The notes under the pieces are model-generated. The model saw only the letters and a program-made list of their open reading frames with translations. It did not search any database and was not told the origin of the DNA. Source: a virus (Duplodnaviria; Caudoviricetes). Taken from it: a stretch of DNA of 64,000 nt. Each line of letters opens with the position of its first letter. Position 1 is the stretch's first letter. Made by a program: the position numbers and the translations under genes. Shown piece after piece: positions 25,332 through 36,300 of the stretch. The stretch spans positions 1,690-65,689 of the IMG/VR virus record IMGVR_UViG_3300014208_000043, one strand, 5' to 3'.

Positions 25332-25442
25332 ATGTTTGAATTCGAAGAAAGACTCAAGAGAACCATTGCGCTGATTCTTTTCGGCTCCTTCTGGTTTTCC
25401 ATGGGAATTATCGTTACGGTCGCGGTTGTGAATTTAATATAA
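25332..25442 (+). CDS. Small membrane protein, 36 aa
   Basis: SD GGGGG; single hydrophobic helix. Confidence 0.45.
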   Translation: MFEFEERLKRTIALILFGSFWFSMGIIVTVAVVNLI

Positions 25443-25451
25443 GGGGGAGTC

Positions 25452-25928
25452 GTGGGCGAAAAGTATTGTCCGGCAGGGAAGATTGAGTGTGAAAACTATT
25501 TTTGGGACAGTTTCCCAGGATCTCTTGGTGGAAGAGAAAAACAGTGCCCTTTTTGTCATTTTATCGACTATTCCATTATTGGGTTTGAGGTTTGCCCTAT
25601 CCCGTCAAAGCAGAAGAAAATAGAGGATAAGGTGGAAAGGGCTTGGAATATTATGGTCTCCTTGACCCCCGCGTCCCTTCCGTTTTGCTATGAAGCGTTT
25701 TACAAAGCCTGCAAAGATGCTGGATTAAAATATCCCAAAGGAGCAATCGTGGAAAAAATTGACGATAATAGATATCTTTCAGCCAATAAGAACGATCTAT
25801 TTAAGCTGATAGAAAAATTGATATCGGCAGGATTCAGAGAGTCGTCCCAAATGGTTGTCGATAATGAAATATTTGATTATTTTAAGAGAGCCGGATACTC
25901 GGTTAGGATAAAAAAGATAAAAAAATAG
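25452..25928 (+). CDS. Hypothetical protein
   Basis: GTG start with SD GGGGAG; 158 aa. Confidence 0.6.
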   Translation: MGEKYCPAGKIECENYFWDSFPGSLGGREKQCPFCHFIDYSIIGFEVCPIPSKQKKIEDKVERAWNIMVSLTPASLPFCYEAFYKACKDAGLKYPKGAIVEKIDDNRYLSANKNDLFKLIEKLISAGFRESSQMVVDNEIFDYFKRAGYSVRIKKIKK

Positions 25929-25964
25929 CCCAGGCAGTAAGCCATTGAGCCCAGACCGGGCTAG

Positions 25965-25995
25965 CCCCTTGTGCGAAAGCATGAGGGGTTTTTTG
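25965..25995 (+). terminator. Intrinsic terminator
   Basis: CCCCTTGTGC-GAAA-GCATGAGGGG followed by a T-run. Confidence 0.85.
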
Positions 25996-26289
25996 TTTAT
26001 TAGGTACAATTCCCTTTTTCGGGCACTTTTATTCCCCTTAAAATAATGTCCCGTGCGTGTCCCGTACTATGACAGACGGGACAATAGGGGACAATTGGGC
26101 GATTTGTGGTATGTCGGAAAAGCCGGAATACCACATATGGGCAATAGGAAATACTATCGGAATCGTATTGAAGCTATTTCAATACAATTACGATAGTATT
26201 CAGATAGTATTTAGATACGCTTTATACACGCCTAGGACAGTTTTGTCCACGACCTGGACAGATCTGTCCAACGCTATGACATTATTGTC

Positions 26290-26318
26290 TTGACTTTTCC
26301 AATTTTGTAATTTAGATT
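26290..26318 (+). promoter_or_regulatory. Possible promoter of the structural operon
   Basis: TTGACT, 17 nt, TAGATT. Confidence 0.45.
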
Positions 26319-26404
26319 ATACGCATAAGGACGACAGTGTCCAAGAGCCGTATTCGATAGAATCAATGAAATGTTTCTGTGAAACGTAGACAAAAAGAGA
26401 GCGC

Positions 26405-26674
26405 ATGAAACAATCCCCGGTACTCGCAGGCAAGAGGTTTCACCAGGTTATTTGCCGCCAAGAGACGGCAAAGAATCGCATTTGCGGCCAGGTGCTCGGG
26501 TACGTTGAACTCTCTCGCCCCAACACGACGCCCCAGTACTGCCGCCGCTGCAAGCGCATGGAGGCGTGGGACGTGGACAGCGACGGAGCTGTGACCGTGA
26601 CGCTCATTCCACAAGCCGAACGAATCAAAATCTACGACGAGGCTATAATTTTACGGGAGAGAACAGATGGCTAA
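26405..26674 (+). CDS. Small Zn-finger protein upstream of the portal
   Basis: VIC...ICGQVLG...YCRRCK; overlaps the portal start. Confidence 0.55.
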   Translation: MKQSPVLAGKRFHQVICRQETAKNRICGQVLGYVELSRPNTTPQYCRRCKRMEAWDVDSDGAVTVTLIPQAERIKIYDEAIILRERTDG

Positions 26675-28859
26675 TATCGTGAAATCCAAAAAGGATGAAA
26701 CGACGCTATCGGAAGAAGTCCGGAAAATTTACTCGAATTATAATCGGGTCTCGACTTACCACCGCAGAAATACCAACAACTGCATTAACAATTATCGCTT
26801 TTATTACGGCAAGAATCCGGAGCTCGGCTTCGGGCAATACACCGTGGAAGCCGCTCAGAGGCTTTTAAAGCAGAACCGCCAGCTTATCCAGCACAACTTT
26901 GTTTTGCCCCTTCTGGATAATATGGCGGCCTCTCTGATGCAAATGAAGCTTGACCCGTCATTCATTCCGATTAATGCGGAAATGTCCTCGATTACCGAAA
27001 TTCCACAGAAGATGTCATACTCCGATAAGGAGCTGATGAATTGGGACAATTCCGTTGCGGACCTGACCCTTGGCGGCCTGATTCATGAGTATTGCGTTAA
27101 GATGGTTGTTTCCACCAAGTGGGATAAGCGTGGAAATATCGGTATGGAGAGCATGCTCCCGAACTCCACGTTCCCGGATCCCAACTGGAGGAGCTCATGC
27201 TCAAGCGACTGCAAGCATGTTTGGCATGAAGGATGGTTCACTGCGGAGCAAATCATGGACATGTACGAATCAAAGCATGACCTGATAGCGGCTGCCGCGG
27301 ACAGGGACCGGAAGGACGGCTTATCCTACGGTACCAACCATGGGGTGAACGGTCTCCGTGGTGACATGGAAGACAAGTGGGGCTCTCTTTACAAGGTTAT
27401 CGAGCAATACGATGTCATTTCCAAGAAGATTAAGCGCGTTTACCTTCTCCGGCCAGGCGGGACACAGGTGGCGATTCCGAAAGAAATTAAGAGCGACAGC
27501 GATGTTGTTCAATTCCTGAACGCCAAATATCCCGACTGGCAGCCCTATGACGTTTTCGAGGACGAAGATCTTGATACCGAGTGCATCGTTAAAACGATTT
27601 GCCCGGGCCTTATCATGGAAAACGTGCTGGAGAGCCGGCCGACAGAGCTTCAGATAGGGTGCACCCCATTCAAATTCTGGTCATGCAGCAGGCTTAACGG
27701 CGAGCCCCGGGGCCTTCTGGAATCCATCAAGGACGCCCAGACCTATATCAATTACTGGTCTGGAATGCTCACCAACAAGATTCAGGTTGAGGGTGGTGGT
27801 GGTGCCCAGTACGTTGATCCTAACATGTTCGAGAATTACGCTGAATTTGAGCGTTATTGCGCCAACCGGAACAATCCGGCCGAGAATTTTCGTGTTAAGG
27901 GCGGTTACATGGAGAAGGGCGTAATGCCTGCCCGTCCTGTCTTGACGAACTCCGGATTCCCGACCGAGGCCTATAAGAACCTGGAATACATCATCGACAA
28001 GGTACTTCCGCACATCTCCAAGGTTCCCCCGGTGCAGTACGGAATCAGCGACAAAGGCGATTCTGGATTCCTTTTTCAGCAGAAGAAGGCCCAGGCCGAC
28101 CTCCAGGCGTGGACAATCCACTTCGGGTATAAGAATTTCTGGAATGACTGGTATGAATCCTACCTCATGGCCGCATCACAGGTTTATAACAACGAGGGCA
28201 CGGAGCGGGAATTCGTATTTCAGCAGGGCAAGGAACGCATCAAGGCGAATGAGGTTGTCGAACTCGAAGACGGCAATTACGGCATAAAGAACGATATGTC
28301 CAAGCTGAAAGAAATCCGGATGCAAGTGGTCGTTACCGAGCGCCCGGACAGCCCCACGGAACAAGCAAACAACATTTTAACATACTCCGAGCTTGCCGGA
28401 CAGATGTCAAAGGTACCGTCAAAAGCGGCATCCGTTGGCGTACTCCTTGGCATGATAAGCGACAATATCCCGTATCCGGAAAAGGACAAGATTGTTCTTC
28501 AGAACGTGAACAAGCGTGAAACAGACCTTGAACTTCTGAAGCTGGATACGGCTATTTTGATGCAAAAGCTCCAATTGAAGCAGGCCGAAGACCAATTGAA
28601 CGCGGCGATGAACCCACAACCACAGCAGCAGTCCCAGGGAAAGCCGCCTTCCGTGTCCATCTCCTTCAAGGACTTGCCGCCCGAGGGCAAGGTTCAGGCC
28701 GCGGAGCAGGCTGGTATCAAACTTCAGCTTCCCCCGCCACCAGCCCCAACGGTTAATCCGGATGGGACGATAAGCGCGGCCGGAGCACCCCCAGTTGACT
28801 CAATGGCGCCCCAGTCCGGGGAGCCTGCGAATACACCCCCCATAACCGGAGGACAATAA
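26667..28859 (+). CDS. Portal protein (P22-like)
   Basis: 730 aa; NYRFYYG, HNFVLPLL, RGLLESIKDAQTYIN, ISKVPPVQYG, SGFL; Pro/Gln-rich tail; first gene of the head module. Confidence 0.8.
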   Translation: MANIVKSKKDETTLSEEVRKIYSNYNRVSTYHRRNTNNCINNYRFYYGKNPELGFGQYTVEAAQRLLKQNRQLIQHNFVLPLLDNMAASLMQMKLDPSFIPINAEMSSITEIPQKMSYSDKELMNWDNSVADLTLGGLIHEYCVKMVVSTKWDKRGNIGMESMLPNSTFPDPNWRSSCSSDCKHVWHEGWFTAEQIMDMYESKHDLIAAAADRDRKDGLSYGTNHGVNGLRGDMEDKWGSLYKVIEQYDVISKKIKRVYLLRPGGTQVAIPKEIKSDSDVVQFLNAKYPDWQPYDVFEDEDLDTECIVKTICPGLIMENVLESRPTELQIGCTPFKFWSCSRLNGEPRGLLESIKDAQTYINYWSGMLTNKIQVEGGGGAQYVDPNMFENYAEFERYCANRNNPAENFRVKGGYMEKGVMPARPVLTNSGFPTEAYKNLEYIIDKVLPHISKVPPVQYGISDKGDSGFLFQQKKAQADLQAWTIHFGYKNFWNDWYESYLMAASQVYNNEGTEREFVFQQGKERIKANEVVELEDGNYGIKNDMSKLKEIRMQVVVTERPDSPTEQANNILTYSELAGQMSKVPSKAASVGVLLGMISDNIPYPEKDKIVLQNVNKRETDLELLKLDTAILMQKLQLKQAEDQLNAAMNPQPQQQSQGKPPSVSISFKDLPPEGKVQAAEQAGIKLQLPPPPAPTVNPDGTISAAGAPPVDSMAPQSGEPANTPPITGGQ

Positions 28860-30142
28860 TGGCGGATAAGCCATCAGTCGCAGATAGCGACAAGCCCCAG
28901 TATGCGACCATCGAAGAGATTGCGGTGGCGGTACAAAAAGACAAGGATATGCTGAAAGAATTCGGCACCCTTGGCGAGGAGAAGTTTTTGGAGAAGTATC
29001 TTAAAAAGGCCGGTGATGCCGACGAAACCAAAGGGGAAGAGCCACCCAATGGCGAGAAAGCTACACCCGACGCCCAGGACGAAGAGGTGGTTTTAAAGAT
29101 AAGCAAGAACCGCTTTGGGGGTAAAGACCCCATGGAGGCGATTGCAGAGCTTGAAGAACGTGCCGGAATCGCCCGGGAATTGGAGGATGAACGCCTCACC
29201 TTTCAGCAAAGGCTTCAGAAGAGCGAGGATGAACGCCTCTCTCTTGCCGCGGCCCTGGAAGCGAAGAAGAAGACCGAGAGCGTTGCCTTGCCCGAAGAAA
29301 TCAACATTGATGATTTGGAGGGAGACGACATCTTTGATGCTGAAAAGCAGAAAAGACTTGTCGGGTCCCTTAAAAGCATGGCAAAGAAAATCTCAGCGAT
29401 GGAAAAGGGAAATCTGGAGGCGAAGGAGCGGGATGCGTTAGAGCGTCAAAACCGTACACAAAAGCAGTCTGCCGAAGAAGAGCAAGATGCTTTTGACCGT
29501 CTCCGTAAAAACAACCCGGAACTGTTTGCCGGAAAGCGTGAAATCACGGCCGTTCAAAGCGACTATGTGAAATTCATGACCGGACTGGCAAAAATCATCG
29601 GGCACAAGGGTCAGGTATTGGACCCGGTAACCGGCCAGTTTGACCCTGCCGTATCCCAGGCCTACGCCCAGTACCACGATGATAAGAGCGGCGTTGAGCT
29701 GCGTAAACAGGCCGAAGCGAACAACGTTAAGCTTCCCGGTGATTTTGATGATTTTCTCCTTTATCACAAGCTTCAATCGGTCAGAGGCGAGAACTACAAA
29801 AAGGATGCAACCGGTTTACGACCCTATTCATGGTCAGAAGCTCTGGACAGATACCTTGATGAGCAACCCAAACAGAAGCAGGATCCGAAACTCCAGATGG
29901 CGCGGGAGAAGAAAGAAAGAGAACTCCAAGCCATTGAGAACCGCAAGAAACATGCGAGGGAGCTACCTGCGTCGGAGGGGGCGAACCCCATTGACCTAAC
30001 CCAAGTCAATGAACGGGACTTTGCCAATAAGCTCTCAGCGTGGAAGTCCAAGGGCAAGGCCGAGGATGGGGATTGGCTCAGAAACGTTATGGGCGCAATG
30101 CAAATGCCCAATAACGAAATTGAAGCAACCCTTAAACGTTAA
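28859..30142 (+). CDS. Capsid scaffolding protein
   Basis: Charged coiled-coil protein between portal and capsid genes. Confidence 0.65.
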   Translation: MADKPSVADSDKPQYATIEEIAVAVQKDKDMLKEFGTLGEEKFLEKYLKKAGDADETKGEEPPNGEKATPDAQDEEVVLKISKNRFGGKDPMEAIAELEERAGIARELEDERLTFQQRLQKSEDERLSLAAALEAKKKTESVALPEEINIDDLEGDDIFDAEKQKRLVGSLKSMAKKISAMEKGNLEAKERDALERQNRTQKQSAEEEQDAFDRLRKNNPELFAGKREITAVQSDYVKFMTGLAKIIGHKGQVLDPVTGQFDPAVSQAYAQYHDDKSGVELRKQAEANNVKLPGDFDDFLLYHKLQSVRGENYKKDATGLRPYSWSEALDRYLDEQPKQKQDPKLQMAREKKERELQAIENRKKHARELPASEGANPIDLTQVNERDFANKLSAWKSKGKAEDGDWLRNVMGAMQMPNNEIEATLKR

Positions 30143-30156
30143 AAAAGGAAAATAAC

Positions 30157-31530
30157 ATGAGTGTCCCCGGAACCCCGTCCTCACTGGCAACGCTCGGCGC
30201 TGCCGGTTTGAGGCGAACAATTTGGTCGGAGAATCTGAAACATGATTCCGTCCGCCCATCAGTTTTCACGTCTCCCGAACTCGCCGCCGACTTCCAGCTT
30301 AATACGGACGGCGAAATCGTCATCAACCGGAAAGGTATCCTCCTGGATATCATGAACGTCGGCCAGGCCGGCGCCGGTCAGTCCGTCCGTTGCGCGATGC
30401 GGACCGGCTTCAGGAAACGCCCCCAACTCGGTACCGGCGAAGACATGCTCGGTAACGGCGATGAAGGCGGTCTGAAGTGGGCCGAATTCAAGTACAACGA
30501 GCTCAAGAAGGCCGCGAAGATGTACATGTACGGTTGGAACTTCAACGACACGTCATACCTCGACGTGAACGGGACCAACCCGAAACTGCTTGGCTCCTTC
30601 TGGGCCGAGTACAACGACTTCCGCTTCCAGCAGGCGCTCCAGCTCCAGATTTCCGAGGAGCTGACCTATACGCCCATCACCGCCAGCTTCCAGATCAACC
30701 CGAACGTCCTGGTCCCGAATATCGCCTATTCGGATAACCCGGCATACGACGTTGATGCACTGACTGTGACCGACGGTGCCGCGGATACCGACAGCTATTA
30801 CAGCTCCCGCACTTATGGCGGAGCCGGAACGTATGTCCAGAACGTGGCAACAGCGATGATGGCCGGTGCGACCACTGGCTCCACGCCCCGCGCCGTATTC
30901 AGCGTTGATCATGTCTCCGCCCTGATCTCCTACATTCAGGATATGCACCTCGTCGAACCCATTGAACTCGACGGCATGATTACCTGGATTCTGAAGGTCG
31001 GTCCGAAGACCGCGGCTTACATGCTCAATCCGTCCGTATCCGGAAGCTTCGGCTCCCTGTTTACGTCCGTTGCGGCATATAAGAGCTCAGAGCGGAACCT
31101 GATTCCCGGTGAAATTGGCCGGATCATGGACCATTTCCTGGTCGTTAAGGACTGGAGAACCCCCACTTGCACGATTTCCGGCGATTCCGGTGCGTATTCG
31201 ATGAAGTACGGCTATATCATGCCGTCCAACAACGACGACCGGAACAACAGCGCATGGGCCGTAACCTCTGGCGCCACCAACTATGTGTTCGAAATGAACG
31301 CGGTGCTCGGTGCGAATGCCGTTGCCCGTTATACCCGCGACTCCCGCAAGGATAATCTGGCCGAGACCACAGAATTCGGCAAGATTAAGGAAATCGGAAC
31401 GTACTTTGGCGAAGGTATCCAGCTCCCGATTTTCAACAACGACACAGCGACGGCTTCCAGCCACATCTATCGTGGAAGCTGCATTCTGCCTCATAGCATC
31501 TGCCCGATTGACGCAATCGTGGCTGCATAA
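30157..31530 (+). CDS. Major capsid protein (N4-gp56/DUF4043-like)
   Basis: 457 aa; strongly biased codon usage; GQSVRCAMRTGF...GEDMLGNGDE; follows the scaffold and is followed by a hairpin. Confidence 0.8.
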   Translation: MSVPGTPSSLATLGAAGLRRTIWSENLKHDSVRPSVFTSPELAADFQLNTDGEIVINRKGILLDIMNVGQAGAGQSVRCAMRTGFRKRPQLGTGEDMLGNGDEGGLKWAEFKYNELKKAAKMYMYGWNFNDTSYLDVNGTNPKLLGSFWAEYNDFRFQQALQLQISEELTYTPITASFQINPNVLVPNIAYSDNPAYDVDALTVTDGAADTDSYYSSRTYGGAGTYVQNVATAMMAGATTGSTPRAVFSVDHVSALISYIQDMHLVEPIELDGMITWILKVGPKTAAYMLNPSVSGSFGSLFTSVAAYKSSERNLIPGEIGRIMDHFLVVKDWRTPTCTISGDSGAYSMKYGYIMPSNNDDRNNSAWAVTSGATNYVFEMNAVLGANAVARYTRDSRKDNLAETTEFGKIKEIGTYFGEGIQLPIFNNDTATASSHIYRGSCILPHSICPIDAIVAA

Positions 31531-31545
31531 GACAGGCGAGAAACC

Positions 31546-31577
31546 CCGGGGGCCGGAAGGTCCGGCTCCCGGATTTA
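31546..31577 (+). terminator. GC-rich hairpin after the capsid gene
   Basis: CCGGGGGCCGG-AAGGT-CCGGCTCCCGG then ATTT. Confidence 0.55.
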
Positions 31578-31614
31578 TAATACGCCCGGTAAAGGGCGGG
31601 AAAGGGAGAGTCTG

Positions 31615-32655
31615 ATGGAACCACTGATTTCAGGCGCAGTAGTGCCTTACATGCCCGAGATGGGCCAAAACATGATTAACGCCGGGGTCTCGGTTTTTGA
31701 ACTGCGACACCACGGCAAACGGTTTTTTAACCGTGTTTCAATGGGTCCCTATGGGGCTAAAATTATCGGCGCGGATGACGAGTCCGGCCGCATGTTCCGC
31801 CCGAGAGTCGAATGGAGAACCGGAGCGGAAACACAGCTTTTCTTTGAAGCGGACGCCAAAGGCGTCTGCATCGCATGGATGGCCGACGATCCATGGTGGC
31901 ACAATAGGCTTCACCTCATGCTCGAACCGTGGCTCCTTGCCATGGCCGTACAGCGCCACACTCCACGCGGCCTAATCCCCGGGTACATCATTCAGCTTGA
32001 AATTCAGGCGATGCGTACCGTTTTACGCAAAAGAATTGAACAATTCGACGTTTTCCAGGACGGCCGCGCACTCGACCATTTCAACACGAAAGAGGCTGCC
32101 GAGGAATTCGTTGACTCAAAACAGACATACGAACTGAAGGCCGACAAGACCGGCCAGCTCCGCAATATCCCCATGAATAAACGGGCCTATACGATTAAGC
32201 CCGGATCCATGGAAGAATACAAGCCGGAAATCAGAGACCTTATCGACAAATACAAACGGCTTCAATTCGGGTGGACGTCCTGCCTTGAATTCAAAAACGA
32301 AATCAGGCCGCAAATTGAGAAGGAAATCGAACGCCTGAAGCAGACCGCGGAACCCCAGAAGGCCGCACTTGCACCGGAAGATTTGGCCGGCGCAATTGCC
32401 AATTGGGGACCGGAAGAGCGTCAGAGGTTTTCCGAACTGCTTCTCGGAAACCGTGAAAAGGCCATGGAAGAAGCCCCTGAAGTCGCGGCCGAACTGGAGC
32501 CGGGCCAGGAGAAGCAAACGTTCAACAAGACACAACTCACAAAGATGACCGCGGCAGAACTCAAGGTGCTTCTTGGCACCGAAGAGGATTTGACCAGGAA
32601 CCAGATGATTGATAAAATCCTGGTGCGGCAGTCTGGCGTGGTTGTGGTGGAGTAA
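31615..32655 (+). CDS. Hypothetical protein with C-terminal Rho-N/SAP-like helix-extension-helix
   Basis: TQLTKMTAAELKVLLG...TRNQMIDKIL. Confidence 0.6.
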   Translation: MEPLISGAVVPYMPEMGQNMINAGVSVFELRHHGKRFFNRVSMGPYGAKIIGADDESGRMFRPRVEWRTGAETQLFFEADAKGVCIAWMADDPWWHNRLHLMLEPWLLAMAVQRHTPRGLIPGYIIQLEIQAMRTVLRKRIEQFDVFQDGRALDHFNTKEAAEEFVDSKQTYELKADKTGQLRNIPMNKRAYTIKPGSMEEYKPEIRDLIDKYKRLQFGWTSCLEFKNEIRPQIEKEIERLKQTAEPQKAALAPEDLAGAIANWGPEERQRFSELLLGNREKAMEEAPEVAAELEPGQEKQTFNKTQLTKMTAAELKVLLGTEEDLTRNQMIDKILVRQSGVVVVE

Positions 32656-32657
32656 GG

Positions 32658-33383
32658 ATGAGCTTAATAACCCTCATTGATCGCATTGAACCGCATGCTT
32701 CTGGATGGTCCAGGGTTCGCATCCGCACCCTTGTTCAGGATGCAATCGACCAACTGTTTGAGCACGACGGACCGGGTACACAATTCATCCCAAGCGACAA
32801 TGAGGGCTTTCCTCCTTTCCTGAAAACGACTGACACGGTTTATCAATACGACGTCATTACGGCAAACCTTTCCACGACACTCCAGAAAAGCCTTAACGGG
32901 ACCAATTACGCGATGCGCTGCAATCGAGTCCTGAAGGTCTTTGTCGATGTAACCGAGTCCGACTTCGACCACATTTGGACTGGTGTGCCATACGTCTATT
33001 CCCCCGTCTCTGACTATTCGACCAGGGATTTGACCAAAATCGAGGTTGCCGACATTCCGGCCGACTTCATCCCTGCGAACGAGACAGACCCGGCAAAGGT
33101 TATCTTCAAGGATAACCCAGGAACGACGACTGATAAATTCTATATCCTCTTCACATGGGAACACCCGCGCCTTACCAGCGAGTCGATCCCCTTGAATATC
33201 AACAGCAAATGGCATGAGGCGCTTATGGATTACTGCATTGGCAGGATTCAGGCGCTTTCAAACGGTGTTGTCGATAACGGATTCCAACAGAAATTCGAGA
33301 ACAAATGGAAGCCCGAGTTTAGGGCTGCAATAAGCGGAGCGATAGGGAGAAACAATCTCCAGGTTCAACCGATTATATGCTGA
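32658..33383 (+). CDS. Head-tail adaptor-like protein
   Basis: Position; IPLNINSKWHEALMDYCIGR pattern; 241 aa. Confidence 0.55.
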   Translation: MSLITLIDRIEPHASGWSRVRIRTLVQDAIDQLFEHDGPGTQFIPSDNEGFPPFLKTTDTVYQYDVITANLSTTLQKSLNGTNYAMRCNRVLKVFVDVTESDFDHIWTGVPYVYSPVSDYSTRDLTKIEVADIPADFIPANETDPAKVIFKDNPGTTTDKFYILFTWEHPRLTSESIPLNINSKWHEALMDYCIGRIQALSNGVVDNGFQQKFENKWKPEFRAAISGAIGRNNLQVQPIIC

Positions 33384-33392
33384 TCCTAAACT

Positions 33393-36300
33393 ATGAAAAA
33401 TTTTAGCCCACAGTCGCAACAGTTTAACGAGCGCATGATTGCCCGGGACCAACGGGCTTTTGGTGATGGCGCTTTCGATGATATTCCCCCCTCAAAGATT
33501 CCGGCCAATGGAATGAAATGGCTGGAGAACTATATCGCCTTCAATGACCGTCTGGAACCGCGTGGCGGGTCTAAGAAGTGGGCCGCCTATCAACTCCCCA
33601 AATTTTACTCCGGACTCACAACCTCGAAGACCGGGGCAACCGTAACCGTAACAGGAGCGATAACCTATGCGTATGCCGGATGTCAGATTCATTATGATGA
33701 TGGTACTTACGACCTCATTCTTGTTGTTGCTGGCGGGACGCTGACGGTTGATGCTTCCACGACGAGACCGGCATCTACTGCGGCATTCATTACGGAGCCA
33801 GTGTTTGGCTTCTGGCATCACGTCGGGAAGAACCTTCTCGTTCTCCACATTGGCAATAAGCTCTATGCTGCCAATTATAATTTCACCGCAAATGCAACTT
33901 ATGGATTAGCTGCGGGGTGGAATAGGGTTTATGGCTTATCGGCAAACATTAGAAGCGGAAGTGAGACGGACCCGGACAGGAGCAATCTTCAAAAGCAGAT
34001 ATCAGACGCTGCGGAATATAACGATTACATGGTAATTTTTAACGGTGGCGGATGGAACTATTTTAATTCCAGCGGGGAAGCAATTAAGGCGGTAGGCGGA
34101 ATTTACGTTATTCGCTTTGTGTCTCCCCTCATGTTTTACCCTATCAATACTCCGGTCCCGTCACAGCGGTTGACCGACAACAGCGTTAAGTCTGAAACGA
34201 ATAAGTATGGATACCGATACCTCTATACGATGAGCAAGATGCGGACGACTGCTGTGATAGGAGACAGGACATCAGCGGGATCGGTAATGGAGCTGGAGAG
34301 CGGATCGACTGAAGTCAACGCTTCCGACTATAAGGATTACGGGGAAATATGGAGCGCAAACCCTACTGGTCCGGCCACCGCTGCCGAGAAATACCCAGTC
34401 TGGACAGGTAACGCGCTTCCCGCCGCATTCGACACGATAGCGGAAAATGCCGTAATTGCCGATGCTCAATTCAAGATTACGGTATCCAGCACGGCATATC
34501 TTATCCGGACAATCTTGACCGGCGTTACGTCGTGGAACGAAATTGCTGATGCTTTTCAGGTATCCTGCCGGGATTTTCTTCCAGAAATGGAAGTTGCATA
34601 CAGCGCAGCAGGAAGATTTGTTTTTACCCATAGGGTAAAGGGAGCAAGAATAACCGCTTTCGCTGCCGGTGATGGCGGAACAGATATCAGCTCTATGTTT
34701 GCCACCGGGGCCGAGGTTTTGACCAACTGGGACAGCCCTCTTGCGCTCGCCACCGCATCATATAAGCTCAAGAATCCGGAGAACTATGTTTCTGCCGGAT
34801 ACTGGAAATACGACCATTGGACGCATTACAGCATATATCGAACCCTGGATATTGGCGTAAACGGAATCGACCCCATAACGGGACAGGGAAATAATTCTGA
34901 ATTATATGTCTGGGTTGCCGACCGACGGGTAATAAAATCTTTCAAGTGCTCAGTATCGTCTTACGTAGTTACGGCGACTGCGGACACTTTTCTTCCTGAA
35001 GACGTGGGAGACGTTATTGTTTTCTCAAATGGAGACGAGGGAACTATCGTTTCCTATACAAGCGCCACCATTGTCGTGGTCGGAGCTACGGTTGGCAACA
35101 GAACCAATGTTGCCGCTGCAATCGGGAGCGCATTCCATCCACAACTTGCTTATAAATCCGGAACGACACTCACGGCACTCGCTTCATCTTTCGAAGAGGC
35201 GGATATCGGAAAAGCTATTTTTTGGCAGGACGGAACAATTGATATTATCACCGGGTACACGAGCGAGACCGTTGTTACGGTTGCCGCTTCCGGAACAATA
35301 TCATCCGTTGGTGCAGGCGGAGAAGCCATAAGCATTGAGCCTGAAGAGCGAAATTTCTACGACCGGACAAGCGATGATATTCTCCGGACCCGGGTGGCCT
35401 ATTTCAGCTTAAAGAACCGCTTTTGGGAATCCCTTCCCAACTTTGAGACAGGAATCATCGGAAACGGATTCATGTTTGGCGCTGTCCGTGACCAGGGAAT
35501 TTCAGCCTATTGCCAGGTAGCCGAAGAATTTTGGTATCTCTGGGGTTATCACAATGCCTCGAAACAGGTAATTCAGTACAAAGACAACATCACCGCAATC
35601 AAATATCAGTCAGACAACGCCGTTGTGATCTGCTACAATTCCATTCACCGGGCACCTCTGAACAATTATATCGAGGAAAAGGTGGAATCCGTGGGCGAGG
35701 TTGTTTTCGTACTTACGGGTACGGCGCCGATCTCCCCAAACATCGGCTGCCAGGACATCGGGGCTATCCGGATAATAGATAATTACACCATTGGCATGAT
35801 TTCCTCAGACAACCAGCTTATTCTTATCCAATTTGACGGGGCTTCATTCAAGCTTTCCGGGGATATGGCAAAAGACCGCTTCAGGAAGAGGCTCCGGGCC
35901 AATGTTGGGGTATCCACGCTGTCCTACGATAAGCTTTCCGGACTCCTTATGTGGATAAAGACGGCTTCTTGGTTGGGCCGGACTGCCTTAACGACCAAGC
36001 TTTCCTCAGAAAAGACCGATAAATCTTACCGGTTTGGCATAATTTCGGACGAACAAGGCGTCGGGGTATCGGAAAATACCGGCGCCTCATGGGTTTTGCC
36101 ATTTTCCGGGGTGGCCGGCGTGGTGCTTAACGACGCTCAGAACCAGCCGAGGCACATTATCCTTGACCGGGATGGCTACTGCTACGATTTGACCTCCAGG
36201 GAAGGCGCCACAGACTCAGGGATAGCCCGTTTGGCACACGATAAGGCCGCAACGGACGCTTCTGGTGGCACGGATATCGCCCCTGCCGTATGGTTTCCCC

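Noticed and set aside
26057-26293. 78-aa ORF in the palindromic block
   Set aside because: GTG start without a clear RBS; the sequence is dominated by DNA-level dyads, so it is treated as non-coding.
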